From Candidatus Poriferisocius sp. (GTDB lineage: Bacteria; Actinomycetota; Acidimicrobiia; Acidimicrobiales; Bin134): a stretch of 64,000 bases of DNA. The notes below the pieces were generated by a model. The model was not told the DNA's origin. It did no database searches and worked only from the letters and a program-made list of their open reading frames with translations. Below are positions 56,790-64,000 of this stretch, one piece after another (the first letter of the stretch is position 1; every line of letters starts with the position of its first letter). The stretch covers positions 1,104,357 through 1,168,356 of the forward strand of contig NZ_OZ241836.1 of assembly GCF_965202595.1 (NCBI RefSeq), written 5' to 3'. The position numbers and the translations under genes are program-made.

Positions 56790-57221
56790 GTGGCCAGAAT
56801 CCGGGTATCCACAACCATCGAGGCCCCCCTGGATGCGGTCTGGGAGTATGTGCGTCGCATCGACCGCCATACGGAGTGGATGGCCGACGCCCGGTCGATC
56901 GCCTTCAGCAGCCCTCAAACCGAGGGGGTGGGCACGGCCTTCGAGTGCCTCACCCAAATAGGCCCCTTCCGGCTCACCGACACCATGGTGGTTACCGAGT
57001 GGATCGAAGGGGCCGCCATCGGTGTACGCCACACCGGTCTGGTTGCCGGCGAGGGCCGCTTCACCCTGAGGGCCGCCGGAACCAATCGCACCGAGTTCTG
57101 CTGGGCCGAGGAGTTGCGCTTTCCCTGGTGGATGGGAGGCCCGCTGGGCGACATAATCGGGGCCCGCATCCTCGAATGGGTGTGGCGGCGCAACCTCAAG
57201 ACCCTGCGCAACCAATTCTGA
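56790..57221 (+). CDS. SRPBCC (START/polyketide cyclase-like) family protein
   Basis: (V/M)ARIRVSTTIEAPLDAVWEYVRRIDRHTEWM... is a typical SRPBCC N-terminus. A 143-aa protein. Confidence 0.7.
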   Translation: MARIRVSTTIEAPLDAVWEYVRRIDRHTEWMADARSIAFSSPQTEGVGTAFECLTQIGPFRLTDTMVVTEWIEGAAIGVRHTGLVAGEGRFTLRAAGTNRTEFCWAEELRFPWWMGGPLGDIIGARILEWVWRRNLKTLRNQF

Positions 57222-57239
57222 ACCCACCCCCGCCGGCCC

Positions 57240-57971
57240 TCATGCCCAGCGGGTGGCGGCCCAGAGGGCACCGGCGAAGGAACCGGCAGCGACGACGACC
57301 GCAACCAGCAGGATGATCGCGATGGGGTGGTACTGCCGCCGGAAGGCCTGAGCCGTGGCCATCCCCACGATGAACCCGCCGAGGAGTCCACCGATGTGGC
57401 CACCCAGCGAGATCGACCGAACGAAGAGGCTGATCGCCAGGTTGATGATCAGGATCATCCCCAGCGGGGTCCGGAACAAGCTCACCCCCTGGTTCAGGGA
57501 CAGAGCTGCGTAAGCACCCAGCAGCCCGAAGATGGCTCCCGATGCCCCAGCCACCAGCGCGTCGGGAGTTTCCAGGAGGGCTCCGAACGACCCGCTCACC
57601 AGCGACGAGAAATACACCGCAGCAAACGGGATCCGGCCCAGGGACTGCTCCAGTATCAACCCCAATATGAAGAGCGAGTACATGTTGACCGCCAGATGAA
57701 ACAGTCCATGGTGCAGGAACCCGCCGGTGAACACCCTCCACCACTCGTTGAGCACATCGATGGCTACTCCCCGAGTGGCGGCCTCGAGGATCAGACCATT
57801 TTCGCTTGGTGTGCCGGTAAGGCTGTCCCCCAAGGCCACGCTCGCAATGAACACAGCCACATTGGTGGCAATAAGCATCTGGGTGACGATCACATGGCTG
57901 CTGAACCATGTACCCGTTTGCTGTGGAACCATACCGAAGCAGAGGCTACAGCCCCACCAGCGAGCCACCAC
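57240..57971 (-). CDS. rhomboid family intramembrane serine protease
   Basis: HHGLFHLAVNM, GASGAIFGLLG (GxSG) and GHIGGLLGG. Start is uncertain. Confidence 0.8.
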   Translation of the reverse strand: MVARWWGCSLCFGMVPQQTGTWFSSHVIVTQMLIATNVAVFIASVALGDSLTGTPSENGLILEAATRGVAIDVLNEWWRVFTGGFLHHGLFHLAVNMYSLFILGLILEQSLGRIPFAAVYFSSLVSGSFGALLETPDALVAGASGAIFGLLGAYAALSLNQGVSLFRTPLGMILIINLAISLFVRSISLGGHIGGLLGGFIVGMATAQAFRRQYHPIAIILLVAVVVAAGSFAGALWAATRWA

Positions 57972-58000
57972 TCACCAGATCTAGAGCCACGACCACCCCT

Positions 58001-60082
58001 TTACACAATGCGGAGGTTGTGTCTGCCCCAGCAGGTTATGGTGCCATCGGTGCGTATCCCGCAGGTGTGGACATTGCTGGTGGTGATGGCGGTGAATCGT
58101 CCCTTTGGGGCTTTCGTCTGACCGTATTCGTTGTCTCCCCAGCAGGTGATGGTGTTGTCGGTATGCAACCCGCACGAGTGAGATGAGCCGGCGGTGATGG
58201 CGGTGAATTGTCCCTCCGGCGCTTCGGTCTGACCGTATTCGTTGTCTCCCCAGCAGGTGATGGTGTTGTTGGTGCGCAACCCGCAGGCATGCCACCCACC
58301 GGCGGTGATGGCGGTGAATTGTCCCTCCGGCGCTTCCGTCTGACCGTATTCGTTGTCTCCCCAGCAGGTGATGGTGTTGTTGGTGCGCAACCCGCACGAG
58401 TGCGATGAGCCGGTGGTGATGGCGGTGAATCGTCCCTTTGGGGCTTCCGTCTGACCGTATTCGTTGTCTCCCCAGCAGGTGATGGTGTTGTTGGTGCGCA
58501 ACCCGCACGAGTGCGATGAGCCGGTGGTGATGGCGGTGAATTGTCCCTCCGGCGCTTCGGTCTGACCGTATTCGTTGTCTCCCCAGCAGGTGATGGTGTT
58601 GTTGGTGCGCAACCCGCACGAGTGCGATGAGCCGGTGGTGATGGCGGTGAATTGTCCCTCCGGCGCTTCGGTCTGACCGTATTCGTTGTCTCCCCAGCAG
58701 GTGATGGTGTTGTTGGTGCGCAACCCGCAGGCATGCCACCCACTGGCGGTGATGGCAGTGAATCGTCCAGCCGGGGCCACTGCTTGGCCGGTGTCGTTAT
58801 TGCCCCAGCATTCGATGGTTCTGTTGGTGCGTATCCCGCACGAGTGGTAGCTGCCGGCGGTGATGGCAGTGAATTGTCCTGCCGGTGCTACTGCTTGACC
58901 GGTGTAGTTGTCGTCCAGGTCGCTGTTGCTGCCCCAGCAAGTGATGGTTTTGTCGGTGCGTATTGCGCATGAGTGGTCCCAGCCGGCGGTGACAGCTGTG
59001 AATTGTCCTTCAGGTGCTTCTGCCCGACCACTTAGGTTGCTGCCCCAGCAGGTGATGGTGTTGTTGGTACGCAAGCCGCACGAGTGCAATAAGCTGGCGG
59101 TGATAGCTGTGAATTGTCCCCTTGGTGCTTTTGTTTGGCCAAACTCGTTGCTGCCCCAGCAGGTGATGGTGTTGTTGGTGCGTATCCCGCACGAGTGGTA
59201 GCTGCCGGCGGTGATGGCAGTGAATTGTCCTGCCGGTGCTACTGCTTGACCGGTGTAGTTGTCGTCCAGGTTGCTGTTGCTGCCCCAGCAAGTGATGGTT
59301 TTGTCGGTGCGTATTGCGCATGAGTGTGACGAGCCGGCGGTGATGGCTGTGAATTGTCCCCTTGGTGCTTTTGTTTCGCCAAACTCGTTATCGCCCCAGC
59401 AGGTGATGGTCTTGTTGGTGCGCAACCCGCATGAGTGTAACGAGCCGGTGGTGATGGCGGTGAATTGTCCTGCCGGGGCTACTGCTTGACCGGTGTAGTT
59501 GGAACCCCAGCAAGTGATGGTTTTGTCGGTGCGTATTGCGCACGAGTAGGCCCAGCCAGCAGTGATAGCGGTAAATTGGTTTGATTTAGAAAATTGAAGT
59601 GTGAGTGGGGAGCTGGCTAGCCAGCGGTTGGTGGGGGCGTTAGGGGGGAAGTAGCGGGTTTGGGGTAGCAGGCGCTCACCCCATGTGCCGTCGGGTTGGG
59701 CGGGTTGGAGGGCGAATTCAACTTTGCTGTTTTCCAGCTTGCGGGCAACGATGCGGACCTTTGCAATTCCCACAAGCAGCGAGGAGCTGGCTAGCCAGCG
59801 GTTGGTGGGGGCAGCAGGGGGGAAGTAGCGGGTTTGGGGTAGGAGGCGCTCGCCCCATGTGCCGTCGGTTTCTGCGGGTTGGAGGGCGAATTCAACTTTG
59901 CTGTTTTCCAGCTTGCGAGCGACGATGCGCACCTGTGTCGTGGTGTCATCGTTGGTGGGGTTTTGCGCTGCTGCTGAGGATGGGGCGATTGCCATAACTG
60001 CGGTCAACGACAACGCGGCGACGCAGGCAGCCGCCAACTGCTTCCCCAACACGGTGGGAACTCCGATTTGCCTCTTTGCCAT
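58001..60082 (-). CDS. secreted RCC1-like repeat (beta-propeller) protein
   Basis: Signal peptide, two copies of a module of about 52 aa (VRIVARKLENSKVEFALQPA..DGTWGERLLPQTRYFPP), then about 14-15 units of FTAIT.G..HSCGLRTNNTITCWGDNEYGQTEAPEGQ. Confidence 0.8.
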   Translation of the reverse strand: MAKRQIGVPTVLGKQLAAACVAALSLTAVMAIAPSSAAAQNPTNDDTTTQVRIVARKLENSKVEFALQPAETDGTWGERLLPQTRYFPPAAPTNRWLASSSLLVGIAKVRIVARKLENSKVEFALQPAQPDGTWGERLLPQTRYFPPNAPTNRWLASSPLTLQFSKSNQFTAITAGWAYSCAIRTDKTITCWGSNYTGQAVAPAGQFTAITTGSLHSCGLRTNKTITCWGDNEFGETKAPRGQFTAITAGSSHSCAIRTDKTITCWGSNSNLDDNYTGQAVAPAGQFTAITAGSYHSCGIRTNNTITCWGSNEFGQTKAPRGQFTAITASLLHSCGLRTNNTITCWGSNLSGRAEAPEGQFTAVTAGWDHSCAIRTDKTITCWGSNSDLDDNYTGQAVAPAGQFTAITAGSYHSCGIRTNRTIECWGNNDTGQAVAPAGRFTAITASGWHACGLRTNNTITCWGDNEYGQTEAPEGQFTAITTGSSHSCGLRTNNTITCWGDNEYGQTEAPEGQFTAITTGSSHSCGLRTNNTITCWGDNEYGQTEAPKGRFTAITTGSSHSCGLRTNNTITCWGDNEYGQTEAPEGQFTAITAGGWHACGLRTNNTITCWGDNEYGQTEAPEGQFTAITAGSSHSCGLHTDNTITCWGDNEYGQTKAPKGRFTAITTSNVHTCGIRTDGTITCWGRHNLRIV
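58020..59570 (-). repeat. 111-bp coding tandem repeats (RCC1-like blades), several nearly identical at the DNA level
   Basis: Units such as CCAGCAGGTGATGGTGTTGTTGGTGCGCAACCCGCA... recur between about 58130 and 58740 with very few differences. Confidence 0.85.
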
Positions 60083-60151
60083 GGATCTTCCTCTTTCCTG
60101 GCCATACCGCAGAGCGGCCCAAGTCTAAAGCGTTTTCGATCGGTGTGGAGG

Positions 60152-60415
60152 CTACAGACCTACCGGTGAGCCGTCGCTCAGCAGGGTTTGGCCGATGTTC
60201 ACCACCTCGGTGATCCCTTCCACCCGGTCCTTGAGGATTCGTTCCACCCCGGCTTTCAGGGTGACGGTTGAGGCGGGACAGCTCACGCAGGCTCCCACCA
60301 GCTCTACGGTGACCACGCCGGTGGTCTCGTTCACCTCTCGCAAGTAGATGTCCCCGTTGTCGGCCTGCACCGCGGGGCGGATGGCTTCGATCACCTTGGC
60401 AACGGCCTCCTGCAC
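60152..60415 (-). CDS. NifU C-terminal-like (Nfu-type) Fe-S cluster scaffold domain protein
   Basis: IRPAVQADNGDIYL...GACVSCPASTVTLK, with the CxxC motif. An 87-aa protein. Confidence 0.8.
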   Translation of the reverse strand: MQEAVAKVIEAIRPAVQADNGDIYLREVNETTGVVTVELVGACVSCPASTVTLKAGVERILKDRVEGITEVVNIGQTLLSDGSPVGL

Positions 60416-60620
60416 TCCCCCATTGTCTCAACCAGGGATCGCTTCGCCAACCTCGCCGTCAAACTCCTCAACTATGAGGGCTCCCACCCGCCGAGTCGGG
60501 ACCACCCCTACCCACAGCGTAGAGAATCATACATAGTGCTAGCTATATACCCTCTGACATGGGGTTTTAGCCCTGCGAAAGTGGATGAGGGTGTCTGCGG
60601 GCTGTAGCCGCGCTGCTGTC

Positions 60621-60649
60621 ACACACAAGCTCCGCTACAAATTGTGTGT
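60621..60649 (+). promoter_or_regulatory. inverted repeat upstream of abiEi (candidate autoregulatory operator)
   Basis: ACACACAA (60621-60628) and TTGTGTGT (60642-60649) are separated by 13 nt and lie about 20 nt upstream of the ATG at 60670, in an AT-richer stretch. Confidence 0.35.
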
Positions 60650-60669
60650 CGATATAGTAGTCTGTACGT

Positions 60670-61548
60670 ATGGGTTTGGTCGCTGCGCGTGAACTCTCGG
60701 AGTGGATGATCAGTCAGGAACGCACTTTCGCTTCCGCGGGTGAGATCGCCCGCTGGCTCGGCTGCTCTCAACTTCAGGTTCCGCACCGTCTCCGAGGGGC
60801 GCGACAGGCAGGTGAAATGGTTTGCGTAACCACCGGAGGCTGGGTGCCTGCCCGCAATCATCGAATCTGGGTGGATTCGTTCCTCGACGAAATGATGCGT
60901 TACCTCGGTCACCCCTACTATGTGGGATACCTCACCGCTGCCAGCATTTACGGGGTGACGCATCAAGCGATCCAAACCACCACCCTGGCTACCACCGCTG
61001 CCTTGCGGACACGTAGCATCGGGGTCCACGGAATGCGATTCGCCCGTAAAAATGACTTGGCACGGTTCCCAACCCGGAAGCGTCAGATGGTAACAGGGTG
61101 GGGAAACTCCAAGAAGGCCTTACTGTTATCTACCCCGGAGGTGACCCTGCTGGATTTGATGGAACGTCCAAAACGGCGCGGTGGGCACATTTACTTGAAC
61201 GTGGTGGCCGAGATGCTGGACTCCAGGGAGACCATAGTTCCAGCACCCACCGACCCTGATGCTCCCAAGCTACGCCAAGTGTCCATGGTTGACCCCTACG
61301 AACTGGCAGACGCAGCATATCTGTACGGTCACAGCACACGGCAAAGAGCCGGATACGTGCTAGACGCAATGGCGGATTACATGGGTGTTGAGTTCGACAC
61401 CGACCCGTTGCGATCCACTCTTCCGGTCAACCCACGCCGTGTTCACTATGATACCAATATCGATGAATATGACCGTGAAGAAGGCTGGGTGAAAATAGAC
61501 GACCGTTGGAATGTCACCCAGTGGCGCGAATTCGACCCCGATGTCTGA
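60670..61548 (+). CDS. type IV toxin-antitoxin / abortive infection AbiEi-family antitoxin
   Basis: N-terminal wHTH-like segment plus ...YYVGYLTAASIYGVTHQ.... The stop overlaps the start of the AbiEii gene (TGATG). Confidence 0.65.
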   Translation: MGLVAARELSEWMISQERTFASAGEIARWLGCSQLQVPHRLRGARQAGEMVCVTTGGWVPARNHRIWVDSFLDEMMRYLGHPYYVGYLTAASIYGVTHQAIQTTTLATTAALRTRSIGVHGMRFARKNDLARFPTRKRQMVTGWGNSKKALLLSTPEVTLLDLMERPKRRGGHIYLNVVAEMLDSRETIVPAPTDPDAPKLRQVSMVDPYELADAAYLYGHSTRQRAGYVLDAMADYMGVEFDTDPLRSTLPVNPRRVHYDTNIDEYDREEGWVKIDDRWNVTQWREFDPDV

Positions 61549-62366
61549 TGCTCAACCGTGAGACTATTAAGCAATGGAGGCAGCAGGTTCCCTGGCGTGA
61601 GGCTCAGCAGGTCGAGCAGGATTTGCTACTCGAAGCGGTTTTACATACTTGGGTAAAAGCGGAAGAGGCATTAGACAATTTTGTTCTGATCGGCGGTACT
61701 TGTCTTCACAAATTCCATATAGATAAGCAGCAAGGACGCTACTCTGAGGACATTGATGTCACATACACGGGCGATATCAAGAGGCTATGGGATGTGCTTC
61801 ACTCAATAAGAGATTGTCTGGGCGATCTTGATTTTGAGGAGATTGAAGTGATCCCACCAGATTCAGCGAGGTTCCCGAAGCTGCTGCTTTACTTCACGAA
61901 TATCAATGGAGGTAAGAGGAAGATCAAGTTTGAGATAAACACTGGCTTAGCCGATGTTTTGAGAGGCGAGCAGGTGATGTTGCCGTTATACACCGACTCC
62001 GATTGGATGCGGCAACAGTCATTAATACCGTGCGCTCCACTGCCTTCCATAGCTGCGATGAAAGTCCTTGCTTTAGGCGACCGTGTGAAGCCTCGCGATT
62101 TTTATGATCTTTGGGTCATGCGAGAACAGCTCGGAGTCCTTCACTCCGACCTGGAATGGTGGTTCAGACGAATGAGCCCCTCGGACCTGAAGTTACCTCG
62201 TCGCCATCGTGCTGTGAAACGCAGATTACATAAAGGTGTCGATTGGGGGGAACTGGAGAACACTTTGCCTCAAGGCACCATGCTGGACAAAACCATCAAG
62301 GCCGATATGGGTAACCTGGCTTTGAACACTCTGCACCGGCTACAACCTCAAAACACAGCACAGTAA
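61548..62366 (+). CDS. AbiEii/AbiGii-family nucleotidyltransferase toxin
   Basis: ...FVLIGGTCLHKF...RYSEDIDV...KVLALGDRVKPRDFYDLW... are characteristic nucleotidyltransferase motifs. GC is markedly lower than in the flanks. Confidence 0.8.
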   Translation: MLNRETIKQWRQQVPWREAQQVEQDLLLEAVLHTWVKAEEALDNFVLIGGTCLHKFHIDKQQGRYSEDIDVTYTGDIKRLWDVLHSIRDCLGDLDFEEIEVIPPDSARFPKLLLYFTNINGGKRKIKFEINTGLADVLRGEQVMLPLYTDSDWMRQQSLIPCAPLPSIAAMKVLALGDRVKPRDFYDLWVMREQLGVLHSDLEWWFRRMSPSDLKLPRRHRAVKRRLHKGVDWGELENTLPQGTMLDKTIKADMGNLALNTLHRLQPQNTAQ

Positions 62367-62446
62367 AGATCCCCCAATCCACCGTGCAGAGACTACAAGC
62401 CCACTGGTGAGCCGTTGTTCAGCAGGTCTTTGAGTTAGGACCACCC

Positions 62447-63706
62447 CTACCTGATGCGTAGGTTGGAGATGCCCCAGCATTCGATGGTTTTGTCGGTGAG
62501 CAACCCGCACGAGTAGAACAAGCCGGCGGTGATGGCGGTGAACTCTCCCTCTGGGGCCACTGTCTGGCCGTAGCTGTTGTCGCCCCAGCAGGTGACAGTG
62601 CGGTTAGCGCGCAACCCGCAGGTATGCCCACTGCTGGTGGCTATGGCGGTGAACTGCCCTTGCGGGGCCTCCGTCTGCCCGGACGAGTTGCCTCCCCAGC
62701 AGGCGATGGTGTTGTTGGTTCGCAACCCGCAGGAGTGGTACTCGCCGGTGGCTATGGCGGTGAACTCTCCCTCTGGGGCCACTGCTCGGCCGTATTCGTC
62801 GTCGCCCCAGCAGGCGATGGTGCTATCGGCACGCAATCCGCAGGAGTGGTGCCAGCCGGTGGCTATGGCGGTGAACTCTCCCTCTGGGGCCACTGCTCGG
62901 CCGTATTCGTTGTCGCCCCAGCAGGTGATGGTGTTGTTGGTTCGCAATCCGCAGGCATGCAAATGGCCGGCGGCGATGGCAGTGAATTGTCCTTGTGGAG
63001 CCTCCGTCTGGCCGTATCTGTTGTCGCCCCAGCATTCGATGGTGCTGTTGTGGCGCAAACCGCAGGAGTAATACGGGCCGGCGGCGATGGCGGTGAATTG
63101 TCCTTGCGGGGCCTCCGCCTCGCCGTAGCCGTTGAGGCCCCAGCAGGCCGCGGTGCTGCCGGTGTGCAACCCGCACAAGTGGAACAATCCGGAGCTGATG
63201 GCGGTGAATTGGTTTTGCGGGAGGGTGAGGGGGGAGCTGACCAGCCAGCGGCCGGTGGGGGCACTAGGGGGGAAGTAGCGGGTTCGGGGCAGAAGGCGCT
63301 CACCCCATGTGCCGTCGGGCTGGGCGGGTTGAAGGGCGAACTCAACCCGGCCACTTTCCAGCTTGCGGGCAACGATGCGGGCCGTTGTGATTCCTACGGT
63401 GAGTGGGGAGCTGGCCAGCCAGCGGTTGGTGGGGGCACCGGGGGGGAAGTAGCGGGTTTGGGGCAGAAGGCGCTCACCCCATGTGCCGTCGGGTTGGGCG
63501 GGTTGGAGGGCGAATTCGATTTTGCTGTTTTCCAGCTTGCGGGCAACGATCCGCACCTGTGTCGTGGTGCCATCGCTGGTGGAGCTCTGCGCGGCGGCTG
63601 AGGATGAGGCTATTGCCATAACCACGGCCAACGACAATGCCACCATGCCGGCACCCGCCAACTGCTTCCACAGCACGGTGGGAACCCCGAATCGACTCCT
63701 TACCAT
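62447..63706 (-). CDS. secreted RCC1-like repeat protein (paralog of 58001..60082)
   Basis: Start MVRSRFGVPTVLWKQLAG... with GGAGGAAG 5-6 nt upstream of the ATG at 63706. It has the same two N-terminal modules and about 9 RCC1-like units. Confidence 0.8.
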   Translation of the reverse strand: MVRSRFGVPTVLWKQLAGAGMVALSLAVVMAIASSSAAAQSSTSDGTTTQVRIVARKLENSKIEFALQPAQPDGTWGERLLPQTRYFPPGAPTNRWLASSPLTVGITTARIVARKLESGRVEFALQPAQPDGTWGERLLPRTRYFPPSAPTGRWLVSSPLTLPQNQFTAISSGLFHLCGLHTGSTAACWGLNGYGEAEAPQGQFTAIAAGPYYSCGLRHNSTIECWGDNRYGQTEAPQGQFTAIAAGHLHACGLRTNNTITCWGDNEYGRAVAPEGEFTAIATGWHHSCGLRADSTIACWGDDEYGRAVAPEGEFTAIATGEYHSCGLRTNNTIACWGGNSSGQTEAPQGQFTAIATSSGHTCGLRANRTVTCWGDNSYGQTVAPEGEFTAITAGLFYSCGLLTDKTIECWGISNLRIR

Positions 63707-63908
63707 CAATCTTCCTCCAAATGGCGGTAGCGCAGAGCAGTCTAAATGTAGAACCCCCGGTAGGGAAGCCAGGGAGGGCTCAGTTGGGTGGGGGTCCGGG
63801 GGTCTGGCAGACTCGGAGGTGTGGAAGTGCTGGCCCACCAGGGGGGATGGGACGAGATTCTCCTGCTTGCCGTTCCGCTGGTTCTGCTGGGTGGGCTCTT
63901 GTTCTTGG

Positions 63909-64000
63909 CTAACCGTCGGGCTTCTCGCGGCGGACGTCGGCCCCAAGGTCGCTGAGCTTGCCGACCAGGTTCTCGTAGCCCCGATCGATGTGGTGGGGGT
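63909..64000 (-). CDS. murA: UDP-N-acetylglucosamine 1-carboxyvinyltransferase, 3' end only (runs off the window)
   Basis: The minus-strand frame reads ...HHIDRGYENLVGKLSDLGADVRREKPDG-TAG, which resembles the conserved MurA C-terminus. Confidence 0.55.
   Translation of the reverse strand, partial: PHHIDRGYENLVGKLSDLGADVRREKPDG

Overview
This is a 64-kb high-GC chromosomal segment from an Actinomycetota-like bacterium; both the roughly 65% GC and the taxon are judged by eye and are inference only. I support about 56 protein genes. I recognised no rRNA, tRNA, CRISPR array, transposase or integrase. Core genes are glnS, metY, ilvD-ilvB-ilvN-ilvC, gatC-gatA-gatB, ligA, mnmA with a cysteine desulfurase, and the 3' end of murA. 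They are interleaved with many CoA/lipid-type catabolic enzymes: three crotonases, a MaoC-type dehydratase, a thiolase, a tandem CaiB CoA-transferase, a BVMO, an FAD oxidoreductase, an ALDH, an LLM oxidoreductase, several amidohydrolases and an esterase. Also present are a P-type ATPase, a PASTA kinase homolog, two RCC1-repeat secreted proteins, a VapBC module and a low-GC AbiEi/AbiEii module. Two things stand out. (1) Four genes only make sense if an in-frame TGA is read as selenocysteine: two UGSC-family proteins, a peroxiredoxin with TPG-U-T, and a SelW/Rdx-like CxxU protein. All four are split or truncated in the naive ORF track. (2) More than 30 locus-specific short tandem duplications sit exactly on gene starts and stops. 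They generate ATGA-coupled mini-ORFs, decoy 3' ends and in-frame N-terminal repeats. This architecture resembles mycobacterial MIRUs but has no shared repeat family. Coordinates of repeats not anchored to an ORF boundary may be off by 1-2 nt.
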